A stretch of 61,040 nucleotides of DNA, counting the filler, from Streblomastix strix (taxonomy: Eukaryota): NCBI GenBank assembly GCA_008636045.1. It is 3 parts of 3 records of this genome, joined end to end, with 100 filler letters (N's around TTAATTAATTAA, not from the genome) between each part and the next. Parts side by side here need not be neighbours in the genome. Positions count along the whole stretch, not along the records: positions 20,384 to 40,665 come from SNRW01000443.1; positions 40,766 to 61,040 come from SNRW01000444.1; 1 more part is not named here. One strand, 5' to 3'. The position numbers and the translations under genes are program-made. Each line of letters starts with the position of its first letter. The stretch's first letter is position 1. Below the pieces are notes generated by a model that saw nothing but the letters and a program-made list of their open reading frames with translations, was not told where the DNA came from and ran no database searches. Positions 27,901 to 42,598 of the stretch are shown in pieces.

Positions 27901-30033
27901 ATATTAATTCAATATTCAAAAAAAGAACGAACTTTATAATAAGCAGAATATAAGGTTGAATTGGCCCAAGAACATGCAGAGGAAGCTAAATCTGCCGCTG
28001 ATGAAGCAGAGAAAAATGCTATAAGAGCAGAAAATGCTCTTGCACAACCCCAATCAAAACAAAAGAAATTATCAATACGATAATAATAATTATAATAGGA
28101 TAGCAAGAATGATAATGATGAAGCTTAATCTAATTCAAAACCAGAATTTATATCTTCTGGGGCTAGAACAGCAGCTGCAAATAGATCAAGAGCAATCGCT
28201 GAATCCAGGATGGCTAATTATTAGAAGTTGGATGAACAACTCAAATATGCATAAGAAGTAGCAGATAATGTGTAGAGCCAATTAGATATACTGATAGAAA
28301 GAGAGAAAAATATTGCTGAAAGACTTGGTTTAACAGAAGAAGAATTGGAGAATTTAATAATTGGTGAGTAAAAACGTGATTTAGAAAAGAAAAAAGAAGA
28401 TTAACTAAAAGCTGAACAAGTGAATCACAAACATAAAAAAGGAATTAATGACTTAATTTCTTCTGGGTCTTCAGAATAAGATCCTTAGAATAATAAAATT
28501 CATCATAATTCCAAATACAAATCTGAATAATAAAATATCTTCGACTTTGATGAAGACTAATATACAAAGAAAAAGATGGATTCAACCAAGAATCATAATT
28601 CATCTTAATCAACAAATATAAATAATTCAGTATATGAAACAAAAGAAATATAAAAGAAAAGAACCCCAAATATAAAAGGAACATACACATATTTAAGAGG
28701 TGAAGATGGTAAAATGAGGCGAGTTTACACACAAAACAGTCCTTAATTTGAAAGTGGAGAAGAAATAGATATCAATGAGAATACTAATATTAATAGAGAT
28801 ATCGAAGTTTCTGGGAACAGATTGGGCTAAGAAGGAATGGATGTAATCAAAGCAGCTGGGAAAGATCGAACTTTAAAATATGGAACAATATTCATGTCTA
28901 ATATCCATCGTTAATAAGCTTTAAATATTATTGGTTTAGGCGATATTGATGCTAGAAATAACAATGAATAAATACAATATCAGATGGGAAATGGTTATCT
29001 AACACGTACTCAGAATCCCAGTGAATAAAGAGTTGAATGTCGAGTAGGTCTTTGGCCCTACGAGCGATTTCTTATTCACAATTCTATTTATAAAGAATTT
29101 ACACAAGAACCTTTTTAGAATTAATCTGAGGGAGAAGAAACAAAGATATTGAAAAGTAAACTCTTTAATGTGTAAATTATACCTGATGGCAATACTTAAA
29201 ATAAATAAGATTTAATATTTAATAAGCAGAGAAATTATAATTAAATTGAAAATGAGGATTAAAAATTAGAATAAAAAGATATTGATAGGAAAATTTATCG
29301 TAAAATTATAAAGAAGATGGATCCATTGGAACGAATCAAACTTTAACATTAACTTTCTTTGGTTCATATTTATGATGACGATACCTGGGATGCATATTAA
29401 TTAATAAAAATTCAATATGATGAGCTTTAAAATGTGAAGAGAATGTAAAAAGAAAATCAAATTATTAAAAAGGCCCAAATGCAGAAACTTCGAACTCGGA
29501 TACTGTTTGATATTAAAATTGTACTAAATAGGAGATAATTACAGTATAACAATCAAAATAATTATTTCACATTAGCAGGATAATCATATATATTTGGCCG
29601 TATTCCATTAAAAGATGGAGAAATCCTATTATCCCAGCCATTTCTTTAAAATCTGATACATTAAAACGAAGGAAGAAGAATTTTTATTCCAGAACCGCAT
29701 TTAAAAACTCGGTCTGTTTTACCTATAGATTAAAATGAAGAATATATCACAAAAAATGAATAATAAGAGGTTGGACAAGATGGGACAGGTTGGGGAAAGC
29801 GTTGGGGTTGGAAGACTGAGATTAACTTGGAAGATTTTATTAAGAAGAGGCTTTATTAGAAAATGAAACATCGAGCTAAACAATTATCTTCTCCAAAATC
29901 AGACATTATAGAGAATAGATAGTTTTATTCTTCAAGTTCTCTTATTCTCCGATTTGTTCCTCCACAGTTCTAACCTGCATACTGCTCTGGAGGAACAGAT
30001 ACATTTTTAGTATTTTGCAGACCTTAATAATGA
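21972..30033 (+). CDS. Very large hypothetical protein (roughly 2,500 aa; Gln/Asn/Glu-rich, coiled-coil), interrupted by two N gaps
   Basis: Kilobase-long frames free of TGA with TAR=Gln on both sides of the 26772-26871 gap; 5' introns; TGA at 30031-30033; no family recognised; could be two genes. Confidence 0.65.
22271..22624. other. 127-bp sequence duplicated on both sides of an N gap (unmerged contig overlap)
   Basis: 22271-22397 is identical to 22498-22624. Confidence 0.9.
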
Positions 30034-30174
30034 TCATTATTTTTTAATAATAAATATATATGTTTGTTTTACTTGAATTTATATAATTTATATTCAAATA
30101 TTATATAATCAATTAACCAAAAGACTTTTTGAAATCAATTCAAAAGAAAAGTTAATTTTAAAAGATAATAAATT

Positions 30175-33100
30175 TCATATTTCTTAGTTAACTTTAGCAT
30201 CTGATAAAAAATTCTCAGCTGCTTCGATTAAAGAATCATTTTCAAAATTGTTTTCTTCCCAGTTCTTGCTAGATGATATTATATGAACATTCGATGGTAA
30301 ACCAAGTGAATGAGGATTAATTTCTGGGTTCATCAGAACAAGTGCCTCAACAGGGAGGTGCATTATTGTTTTAGGAGTTTTTACAACTATCTCATCTCTT
30401 ATGTGAATTAATTATCCATCTCCGTTATTTCCTCCATCAATATTTACTTCTTCAGCAAAAGGAAAAGGGGGAAGATTTTCTTTAGACACGTTTGCTGAAC
30501 GAGCTAAATAATCTTTTAGCATGGCATCCACTCTATTTCCAATGCATGTGACTTAGAGCGTAATTTCAATTCCAGGTGCAATCAATCGAGATGGAGAAGT
30601 GCAATAAAAACAAGATGGGTGTGCTTGTGGACTTACAACGAATCTTTCGCTATCCACCCCGCAATTCTTAAGCACAAATGGTGCAGAATATACACAACTT
30701 ATTGAGATAGTCCCAAACTTAAGAATTTCTGGTGTGATGAAAAATCGTGGAACTTGCATGGAATGGTTTTTTGCACCAAGAACACTAGTTGTCTAAAGAT
30801 CTCTCATATAAAATCCATCTCTGAGAAGATATTCTGAGTTTGGTTCTGATGGGGCTTCGCGTCTGTATGCTTCTTTATAATATGGTCTTGTTAACCTAGG
30901 TTGATTTATTACATTAAGGTGTGTCGATGCAGGATGTGGAGGATCCCACTGCTATTAATTATTTATTTCATATAACACACGTTGAACTGCTTTTTCAGGT
31001 AAAACCAAATTTTTTTATAATTCTGATATTAGCTTATCATCAGATGTTTAACGAGATATTTTTGAATTAGAAGTTGTAGGGCGTGAAGAAAGTCCAATAT
31101 CTTATATTGAATTTGGTCTTTATTACTATACAAGATATTATTAAGAACTTCTTGCTGTGCTTGTTATCGATGAAGGAGAATGTTATTTCTATATTTCTGG
31201 AGTTAAACGATATCTCGACGAATCTGTTGTTTCTACTGTCGATAAATTACGATGTGTATTGGATTGATTCTGTTAATCTTTTTCAATATCTTTTTAAGGA
31301 CGAAATGGTTCAAAAAGTTGTTTTGTAGGAGAAATTGTTCTAGGTCTTTATTTCTATTAACTACTTTTAGATTTTTATATACTGCTTGAAAAACTTCCAT
31401 TATGTGATTCTTATTCTTATCTTGAAGTAATATTTACAGCTTCTATTAAAGTAATAGGTTAATAATTTGACTTACTTGTCTTTTATTATTTCTAATCATG
31501 TTTTTCTGAGATCTATTAATCAACATCTTATTCACTGTTAGAGTTTTACATAAATGATGAGAATTTTGCAATATAATCAGCAAATTATCCTTTGAAATGA
31601 AGCCCTTCATTGAGTATATCTTCTCCAGCTTCTTTAATGCCATCTTCTAATTGCCAATAAGAAAGAATTTCTCCATTTATTGGTTTCATATAGAGAAGAT
31701 GTTCATATGTTTTAAATTTTTCATCTCTTTCTTTATCTTCCTAAATTTATTATTATTTTTTATCAAATTAAGGTATACGGGAAGATCTTTTTTCTACTAG
31801 TTTTCTCAATGATTCTATTCTTTCTTAAGAGAGAGCTTAAGGTGATTATTGTAATGAAGTTAATTTTGTGAGATTAAGATTTTATTGTTATGCAGAGCCT
31901 TATATTTCAGGTTCTGAAATTGTATTTTGTTAAGGTTAGTCAATACCAAGAAAGGCATAAAAAGCTCCATATCCATCGACAGCGATGAGACTATCTGATA
32001 CTGAGGCAGAAAATGTGCTTTCAGTNNNNNNNNNNNNNNNNNNNNNNNNNNNNNNNNNNNNNNNNNNNNNNNNNNNNNNNNNNNNNNNNNNNNNNNNNNN
32101 NNNNNNNNNNNNNNNNNNNNNNNNNACCTATTTTTACACTACAGATTGAGTACGTGCATGAAGTGATGCACCCAAAATCCATTCAAAAGTCTCGGCTAAT
32201 TGTGTCCATGCTGTTTCTAACGCTTTGGACATTATAGCATTCATCTTGCTAAGAGCTTTAAGAGTCCTTACAATCTGCAAATAGTTTCCCAATATTGCAA
32301 ATTCAAACAATGTAAGTTGAAGAAGGGGAGATGGCGCTGCATATTCAACAAATTGTCTCACAAATGCAACGCCTTTTGTTTATGGGTGTTATGTACACGA
32401 TGGATCTAAATAACTAAATATTTAATCTTTCTAATATTATTATTATTGCTATTCTGGTGTTGGATGTTAATTATATTTTTCTTATCTTTCTCCTTATGCA
32501 GAACCTTGGGATTGATTTTAGGATTCAGAAGATGCATGAGATGATGAAGAAGAAGGAACTGAAACTGCAGAATGTCGGGCACGAGGTATTTAAACTTTGC
32601 CATCGAGTATATCAGCAAGTTATTAGTGAGTAAGTCCCATATTTTTAACATAAGCTGGAAGAAACTATTCTCGTGCACTACGCTGTTCATATTTCAGAAG
32701 TTCTGGGTGATATGCGCACCATTATTATCGAAGAGACTCTGAATTTTATTTATCATTTCTTCCAGTTATCCGATAATCACAGATCAATTTATTTGAATCT
32801 CCAGTGCATGGAATAATAGCTGTGTGCATTACTGATGTATTTGAAGGAAGAATTGAATTAGGGGGCACTCTTGAAGTGAATTAATACTGATTTCCTGAAG
32901 TTTAACTCTCATAATCGAGTACTTTTGCATTTATTAAAGGAGTACAGATTACTAATGCTTCATTTGGTGGTCTTGAAGGTTGAATTGTGAAAGCTTCTGA
33001 ATTAAATGATGATGGACCTTCACTTCCCCAAATTGGATAAATTTACTGTGTTAATGTCAATTTCTCGCTCTTTTATGCATCTGAAAGATTTTAACTGATT

Positions 33101-36100
33101 AATTATTTTGGAGGAGTACTATACATTTCTCTGTCTGATTATATTAAAGTGTTACTTTATGGTTGAGAAGATTTTTTAATACCAGCTTTCTCAAGAACCA
33201 TATTTGTTTCATGTATTGCATGAATTATTGTTTATCCATAGTATCCCATTTATAGTTTATTAGTTTTGCCTATTAAATTTAATTTTGGAGTTCCTTACTC
33301 TTATTGTGAAATAATCTTAACTCTTGATGAAAATATCTCTGGAATGGCAGCTTATCGAGTGACTTTTATTTTGTTTATAGCTAATTATGGAATGAAGTGA
33401 GTGAATGGATTACGAAATGGATCAGGAGTGATCAGAACTTCCTATGGTATGCGGGCTGGAGAAATGATTGACCCTTAAGGAAAATCTGATGAAGGTGGGA
33501 AGAAATTGATAATTCTTGTAATGTATGTTGCTTCTACTCCTGAATAGTCAAATGGAGAAACAATATCAGCAGAGTTTACTGAATTTAAATCTAATTATCC
33601 CATTTGTAAAGTCGTGTCTTAAGTCAGTTTTTAATTACTTAGTTCTAAAATTTTATTGGTTTCTATAGCTTCTGTTTCAAATTATTGAAGAGCAACTGGA
33701 AAACCAACTGATGCATTTGTAGCAAAAGTCGGAATTACATCTGCACAATGGAAAAGAATATTTTTTATTTATGACTCTCTAACTCCTCCAGCTGCTTTAT
33801 TATATATTTTTCTTTGTGTTTATCCTGAAGGTTGTTTTGCATCAGAATTGCTATTCTATAATTAAGCCCTAGATTATCTCGCGGAAAATTCATTTATTTA
33901 ATATTCTTCTTATTAATCTTGATTTTGTGAATTAATCTAAGAAATAATATCAAAACAATCTACAACTTTCCCAGTATTATTATCATTTATTGGCATATCT
34001 GGGAATGGACCACAAGATAACTAACAACTATTTTAAATTGAATTAGAATCCTATCTTGAAACTTGAGATATTTAACTATAAGATTAAGAGGATTAATTTT
34101 CAAGCGATGCAATATTCTTTGGCGTTGCATGTCTTGAAGCGGATTGATTTATTCGTATATGTTTAGGAAATATTGATGTAGAAGAAGTGAATACACGAAG
34201 ACCTAACTAATCCATTTCTGCGGATGGAAGATACAACTTATGAACAGCACGACGTGTAAGAAGCTCATATCCACTTCTGTCAGATCGAATAACAAACAGT
34301 CTTGGAAGGATTGGTTAAGTAGAAAGAATCTCTGATTAATTATTACTTCTGAACCCATCTTATGGCTTCTGGGATCTGATCATGGATTTTAATGTGCATT
34401 CAACTTGATATTTGTGTAATGCAGCCAGTCTGGCAATCCATCGTTGTCTAGAGAATGAAATGTATGGATCTTAATTTTAATTTCCCAATAATCCAAGTTA
34501 ATCAGGTTAGAAAATACTTGGAGCAGAATCTTGCATATCAATTTTATTAAAATCTTATTGAGTTTTATTTCCACTTTAACCCAATCTTCTTTTAGCTCTT
34601 CTTGCTTCATCTGCAGCTTCAATCTCAAGTTTCTCTTTATACTTCTTCATCTCTTTTATTCTCTTATCCATGTATTCAGGTAAATCTCTATCTTCTAAAC
34701 CTGATACTTAAAGAATTGATTCAACTAATGAACATCCAGATAGACACGGTTTGCCTGATACTGCTTCCATTTATGAATTTTGAGAGATATTTTATTATTG
34801 TAATAATTTTGTTTCTTTATTTATCCAGGTTCCACTTAAAATATCGAAACTTTATCCAAATAATTATGGTTAGAATTATCCTTATTTAAGAGATTATAAT
34901 TTTGCAGTAGTCGGACCCTTAGCAGATACCCATGAAATTATTCCTTCTAAAGATGTTAAGAATGTTTATTTCTCTTATTACTAATCATTATTTTCTTATT
35001 TAAACCCACTTTATAAATTCTCATTTGCATTTTAAGAGAGAGGAGGAGGAACAATTGAAGGTCTCTCAACTATTTAACCAGGTATATCTTAAAGTGGGGC
35101 TTATTTTTTAATTTCCTTAAAATATTTAGAAGAAGGAGCTTTTCTAGAAGGTCTTACTGCGAGTGTTCCTTGAAATGTATTGAAGTGAAGAAGAGGTTCA
35201 ATATTATTAACACTTACATCAGGAGACATAAATGATTGTGGAGCACGTCGACTACTTTCGAGAAAAATAGAAACTCCTCCAGTTGGTGAATAATGAATGT
35301 GAGTATTATCTGGTTTAGAAAGAATAATATTTCCTCCTTTTGCAAACCATTCAAGTGATGATCCATCAGGCATTAGAGTTAGTACTCTTTCTCTAATCCA
35401 TTTTTGTTCATAATTTGAGTTTTAGTTTAATCTCTATATTTAAGAAGAATCAACATGATCAGTAAAAACGATTCCTTCATTTAATTATGGTTAAGAAGAC
35501 TTTTCATATGAAACAGAATTAATATCATTTAATTATTCGTATCCACTCAGTACAAGGTATATTATTACTCGAGGAGCATTTGGATGCTCAATACAAATCA
35601 TTGAACGAATTGGAGGTTGAATTCCGGTAATGTCTTTATAAAACTGTAATCCTTTTTCATCTCCATAAAGAGCAAACGAGTGAAATATTCGAGTTCCATC
35701 AGCAAAATGAACAATTCTTTCACCAGTGCAATGCTAAACAATACTCACATGATCTGATCGTGTTGTTACTTCTGCTCCCAAAGCTGGATCAGTTGATTTC
35801 ACAGTTGCTAAATAAGGAAGATTTTCAGGAATGGGAAATGATGGTGGTATCTTAAGCATGTCTAAAGAATGAGGAGGAATTTTTGTAAAATATATATTCT
35901 TTCTTATGTAAGATGGCGTATCTAATATTTGTTCATTTTATTCTAATAAAAGTGTTTCATTTTCAATTCCTGAAGAAGCTGATTGTGGCCTTTATTACTA
36001 CAATTATTAACTCTTATCAATTATTTTCTTTTCAAAATCATCATCAAAAGAAACAGGAACATCCAATGGAAGACTAACTTAGTCAAAACAAGCAGCTGCA

Positions 36101-39100
36101 ACTGGATCATAATTCTTGTCTACTAAAGGCACTGTGAAAAGAGGTCTTGTATTCCTCTTCCCTTCTTCACCAACTGATACCCATTCATCTCCATTACAAA
36201 CTGACATATCTCCATTGTTCATTAATATAGCTACATGACCAGATGACATACGAACAAGAGTTGTTCCTAATCCTCTAATTGTTCTTTCTATTTCAAAGGG
36301 TTACTAGTTCTAAATTGGATCAAATGGAAGTTAGGGCATATTTAATGAAGGCTTTTTTGATTCAAATACGGGTAAATCTTCCAAAACTTTATTTTATAAA
36401 TCTTTATTAACATTAGTTTTTTATCCTTACTTCATTGGTTATTATGCAGCCTTTGGTGTTTATAGCGCAGATTTTAATATTTTCTCGATTCCTTATGAAT
36501 AACCTTATTAATATTATTCTCCTTCTTATGCTTCTTTTGTAGTTTGTATGTCAGCTTCTGCATCTTATAATATCTTATCTAAGTCAATATCAGCAATTTC
36601 ATTTGGAATATCCCATTCTCTTGTTGCTGATAATCCTCCCCAAAGCTAAGTTCCTTAATCTGTTTCTAATCCAAAATAAGAATCTTAATATAATTAATAT
36701 TATGAATTGAGATCTTAATTTGGTGTATAATTCATTTGAGATATTTTTTCACTTGAAGATTTAAGTGTAGCTCCAAATTAATATGGTGAAGGTGTGGAAG
36801 ATTGACTCATTGGATACTTTAAATCTGGTGGTTGAACAGAAGAATTAAATGGAGAATTGCGTTCACTATTACAAGATAATATATCAACAAGTGCTTTCAC
36901 ATAACATCTTCTGAAGACTTCTTTCTCTTCATCTGTCATTGTTTATGCATCAATAATCCTTCTCAAACGATCTTTCTATTACTCTGCAATGTGAGATTCA
37001 TGGTCATCAAGGTCTACTTAATCTAATCTCTTTTTTCCTTTTTTCTAAACTAATGAATCTTATTATTTAATATTCTTTTTTTCTTATTGATCTTATTTTT
37101 TAACAGGAGATTATATGGCTTACATTACTCCTTTTATTTCTTCTTTTTCTTATTTCTTTTCTTATTTCTTTTCTATTAATTTTACTTTTTAAGCAGGATC
37201 TTCTTTAATTGGAGAATTTGGTCTTGATTATGTTTTCTTTTTAGATGTACTCTCTCTTAAATCTTTATTTTTTGTATTATCTGGACTCTTACTTTTCTTC
37301 CTTTTCCCATGATTTTTACTTTTTCGTGTTTCCTATTGTGAAATTCTGTTATTTTCATTTGTTTGAGATTTATTGATGTTATCAATGATTCGAGGAGATC
37401 TTTAGAATGATGAATACAACATTGAGGAAGAAGATTCATCTTCAGTTGTATTTTATTCTTCATTTTGAGCTTCTTTCTCCTTCTCTTATTATTCAAGTTC
37501 TAATCGTTTAGCCTCTTCTTCTGCTTGTTTTTCCAATTCGATTTGTTTTTCCATTTCTATTTCTTCCTGAGAAATGAATCTAATTCCATGAACCCAATAT
37601 CCTTTCCTATAGGCTACAATACCTTTTCTTGCTTATATTGATGCATATCCACGAGCTTTTGTCACAAATCTTAAGCATTAATTACGACGCTTCTCAATAA
37701 GTGTATTTGTTGAAACTTCATTTCTTTCAGGCATAAGCATCTGTCCAATTCCTCTTCCAAACAAATCATTTCCTTCTCCTGCCTAAGGAACCCTTGTTAT
37801 TCTTATATTTCCATCTTGACTATTGATTACAACAACATCCCCACTTCTCGTAGAATATGTTACTTCAATTGGTTAATGTGCATTCTAATTATTATTATCT
37901 CCTTAAACATCTGAATTAACACATCTCATTGATGCAGATGTTTTATCTGAGAAAGTTGCAGTGTGAGTTGGTTGAGATGTGTAATCAAGTGTTACTGGAA
38001 GAGCTCCTGCAGCAAATGGATCTTTTGGTAATTAAAATTATTGAGAGTCATTTAAGGATTTATTAATAGATGATTATTTTAGTGCAGGTGAATTTTGTAC
38101 TGAATTATCCTTTGATTATTTATTTTATTATTATTAATTATTATTTTAATTAACTTTAGATGGATCTTAACTAAAAGTTGCATTAATCAGAGATGCATTT
38201 GTACTACCAGTTCCAAATGGAGGAAGAAATCTATGAAGTATTTTAAGTGATAATGTTTGAAGTGGAGATCTTGTAAATCTTCTTATTGATTAAATAAAGT
38301 CAGAAATGTCCATCTTAGTCATAATTGTACCAGGAGATAGTTAATTAGTTGCAAATCCATTCTTCATTATATCATCCATATTACTCTTCTCAGCTCCTCC
38401 ACCAGCTGGTACAATATTATTACTTGACATTCCTGCAATTAAAGCTGCCAATATCATCACTGGTGGAACTTTGTTAGAATTTTATTATTCTGACTCTTGA
38501 GTTGAAACTAGTTGCCCTATTGAAGAATTAATGAGAAAATCATTTTAATTCTTTAATTCAATTTCTTTTAATTTCTCCAATTGATTCTCATCAGCAATTC
38601 CAGTTTATATTGCAATTCCCTCAAGTACATTTCCTACAACAGAACATATTTTCAATGCTCTTTCAACAGCTGGACCTCTTTGAAATTCATTTACAAGAGT
38701 TTGAAGCAAAGGTGGAAGTAATTTGATTGGAGAAAATATTGTTGCAGTTTTAATTGGAGATGGTAGCCAGGATGGATTTGGTGATTTATTTAATCTTTAA
38801 TTCTTTAAATATTTGGAAATTGCCACACTTTATCCAAGTAAAGCAGAATCAATTGGAATATTGTTTGATCCATAATTTGATAATTCACTTAATCGTCCAT
38901 TATTATTCTTCTTTCCTTGTTTTCTAGATTAAATCTTTTACTCATTCTCTTTTAGAAGCATTGCAAAAGATGAATTGAATGCTCCTATTGGCATTGCAGC
39001 TAACATTTCATCAAGAGCAATTTAGAATGAAGCAGAGAATTGAGAATTATTCTATTTTTATTATTAATTTATATATCTATCTGGAGATTTTAGAGAGGAA

Positions 39101-40665
39101 TTACATAAATCATCTACTTTCCTTGCAAGCTAGAACACAGCTCTTCTAGACATTGAGAATACATGTCCACGTTTATGAATAGCTGTCAATCTAACTTCAA
39201 CTGATGATCCATTTCTTTCAAGAACTGATCGAACTGAAACAGCTCTACGAGGTGCAGCATGAGTAGCGAATTACTCCATAAGAAGAGGATGACCAACATC
39301 AGTCAATGCTGGATACTGTGGAAGATCTTATTTCTATAGAGGAATTGGAAATGGTCGACACGCAATTCCAGATTAAAATGCCTATTCTGTTAATGGAGCC
39401 ATAGTTTATTCTTGTTGACTTTGATCTATAGAAGATTATAAAATTAATTATTAACTTGGTTCTATCTCATTAAGAGTTTTATTTAATTATTATGAAACTC
39501 CTACTACAATATTTGGCATTTAACTTTGAAGTGAGACTGGAGAATTAGATTATTATCTAATTATTCTTGGAGTTGGACTAAAAGTAGGAGAAGACTCTGA
39601 AGAAACTGATCTTTCATCATCTGATATAAAATCCATACCATCATTAGTTTCAGATACATTAAATGAATCATTTATCTTTATTGATGCAGATGTAACAGTT
39701 GTTTATGGTTAATATTTATTTGATATAGCTTACTTGAATAATGAATCCCATTCTTCAAATGATGGAAGCTTTGCAAATTCATGTCTCCAATATTATCTGT
39801 CAGGATTACCTTCTCCTTCTTCTCCTTATGAACTACCAATTGCAACTAATAACACATCTTCTGGAAGTAAGTATCTGGTCCTAATTGGAGGATCAAAGAG
39901 CATTAAACGAGAAAGAAGTTAAGAGAGTAGAAAAGCTTAATGTTCTTCAATTACTGCATATTAGACTGGATCTACAAGAGGAGGAGAATATAATGCTTTT
40001 AATACTGATGTAATGTTTTGCTTTTATTAAGTATTTTTTCCTTATTATTAAATAGGCAATCCTTAAAGACCCTATTTTTAAGTAGAAGCAACATTGGAAT
40101 CATCTTTTTATATATCATTGTCAATCCAATCTAATGCGCTTTATAATTCACCAGTATCAGCTAATCTTCTAAGAGTTCCCATATCTTTTATATCTCCTTT
40201 TCTTTCATTTTATTGTCCTTTTTTTTCATTTCCTTTTTGTTAGCTTCCTTATTTCTATTTCTTTTTATCTTCTAATAATGATTCAGTATTTTATGATCCA
40301 TCCCATCTCTCTCCAGATCCAAATACAACTGATTAATGATATTTAATTAATTAATCCTATATATTAATTGGAGGAAGACTTTAGTGATTATTTTATACTG
40401 CAAAGAAAAATCCACCAAGAGAAGCTCTAATAGTTTATTCAGTGAGAGATGGAGCTCTAAGAAGCAAGTTATCATTTGAAGATGAACTTTAATTACTCTA
40501 TGAAGTGGAAATAAATGATTAGTTAGTGTAGGCAAGTACTCCCCCAGTTGGTGCATTAGATGAAATGTATAGAAACCCAGAAGAATCTGGTTCTGATCCC
40601 AACATTTCAGAGAATTAAGCGCATACAAGTATTCTACATAGTGAATCATCATCAGACATAACATC
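30175..40665 (-). CDS. SPAG17: Flagellar central-pair protein PF6/SPAG17-like, 5' partial, gap at 32026-32125
   Basis: GTTLVRMSSGHVAILMNNGDMS; DPAFGAEVTTRSDHVSIVQHCTGERIVHFADGTRI; RLFVIRSDRSGYELL; C-terminal Ig/ASH-like PEILKFG...LKNCGVDSERFVV...IAPGIE. Confidence 0.8.
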
Positions 40666-40765
40666 NNNNNNNNNNNNNNNNNNNNNNNNNNNNNNNNNNN
40701 NNNNNNNNNTTAATTAATTAANNNNNNNNNNNNNNNNNNNNNNNNNNNNNNNNNNNNNNNNNNNN
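40666..40765. other. Artificial contig-joining linker (N44-TTAATTAATTAA-N44)
   Basis: Same 12-mer in N runs as at 20328. Confidence 0.95.
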
Positions 40766-41106
40766 ATATGCTGGCATGGAAAATGGCAACTGATGACTCA
40801 TTTATGCGTGGCTATAACTCTTCAAAAATTGGTGCCAGAACTAATATATAAGTGATTTTTAACGGAAATTTGACTAAAGGAATTGTAGATACTATGCAAC
40901 TAAATCCATCATAGAATTAGAATGATTTTAAGCAATTTATTGGTATGCGTAGCTATCCGGATCCTCATCAGGTAGCACTGACACCTATCATGCACTATTT
41001 ATGTGTTGCATTTATTCGCATAACTTTTGATGATAACCCAGACCCATAAGTATTAAGCATGAACGTTATTGGAGAAATAGGCGGTTCATCTATTAGGAGC
41101 GGGTGA
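40766..41106 (+). CDS. Putative major capsid protein (double jelly-roll), C-terminal fragment
   Basis: MLAWKMATDDSFMRGYNSSKIGARTNIQVIFNG...TPIMHYLCVAFIRITFDD...VLSMNVIGE; beta-strand pattern typical of PLV MCP C-termini; viral context. Confidence 0.65.
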
Positions 41107-41216
41107 GCAAGGACACCGTAAGGGGTCCGCAATGATTAATGGGTAAAAATAATTGCAATAATTAGCTTATCATTATTTTTGTTTATTAATCATGGCGGTC
41201 TGCCTTGCAGCCTGAT

Positions 41217-41508
41217 TCATCCATATATTGAATTCCTAACCTCCTCGCTAATTTCTTCGCTATCCATTTTTATTTATGCTATTACTAATATACAACTAAG
41301 CAAATTATTACAAGCTATAACCATTAATGATATACTAGTGATTATTTCCTAAATCATTTATATAAAAATAAAATAAAATTTTTCACCGGCAAATTTTCGA
41401 TTCGCAAGCATATTTGATTGCTACTTCCCAAATTGCCTTAAAGATTGCATGCCAATTTATATTTAATTATTAAAGGGAATAAATGATGGTTTCATTAAAT
41501 CCATCCAT
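41217..41508 (-). CDS. Two small viral ORFs (41383-41508; 41217-41357, the latter hydrophobic/TM-like)
   Basis: Each runs ATG to TGA and is preceded by ATAAATG. Confidence 0.5.
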
Positions 41509-41526
41509 TTATTTATTTTTAAAATG

Positions 41527-42573
41527 TCAAGCTGATTAATTATAAATAGCATATGAATCACATACTTATACACAAAAATCATTTGGCAAATTAATTTAGC
41601 ACTATGTATTTATTATAACATTACCGTTAGGATTAATATAACAATCCATAGCGATTGCACCGGTCCAATCTATTGGATAGCCATATACTTTTTACGCAAA
41701 CAAAACAGCATTAAGGGGTATATTATGCGTTGTGCCAGAAAATTTTGGTTTTATGTCGTTATTGATGATTGAAAAAAATGTATAACCACTTTAACATGTC
41801 GTGTTTGGATTTGAATGAGTTATTTACAGAGATATATATACGCGATCTTTTTATGATTTTACAGTGCCCCAAATTTATTATTCATACATACCATAAGCAA
41901 TAGACTAATATATTGCATATTCGATAGGGACAGGAGGAAGAGGTGATATAATTTAATTGTTAAATTTTAATGTCATACATTCGAAATCGATAATTATACC
42001 CTTATAATCATATGCTTAATCTTCTTATTTTTATATTCTAAATTATGATGAAGTTGATCCCATTTTCCATACCCCATCAGTATCTGTGGGGTCGGTGTTG
42101 CAACCAGTGAGTACGAAACTATCCCAATTTGCTTTATTTTTCATTATCCGTATGCCTTAATTCCGTATGTCATTATTTGGTTCTATAGTCAATTAACCCA
42201 TCGCGTGAGGAAAATATTTAGGCAAAAAATTCCCTGTGTCTGTAGTATCACCATTAGCGAGTAAAATTTCGTTGCTTGTACCTTTATTTTTAATGAATTT
42301 TTAAGCAATAACAGGCTATAAAAATGTTTTCACTCCATCTATTATTTAACTAGTTCGTAAATTTACGTAATCAATTGAATTTCTGAAAAATTGACTTAAA
42401 TAGTTAAAGTATTTAATAATTTCGTTATCCACTATTTATAAAAGAGTATTTTTTTATCTAGTTTAATTTTGCTGTTCTTCCTATATTTTTTATAATCGTT
42501 TTTACTCTTCTTTTTGATTTATCAAATCATCCTCATCTAACAATGTTAAATCACTAATTGGTTAATCATTCAT
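41527..42573 (-). CDS. Fibre protein 1, phage tail-fibre-like (frameshifted)
   Basis: YVNLRTSQIIDGVKTF...KFIKNKGTSNEILLANG; GIRIMKNKANWDSFVLTG; beta-rich head IKPKFSG...DCYINPNGNVII. Confidence 0.7.
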
Positions 42574-42598
42574 TTTATATATCCAAAAATAAATCATA

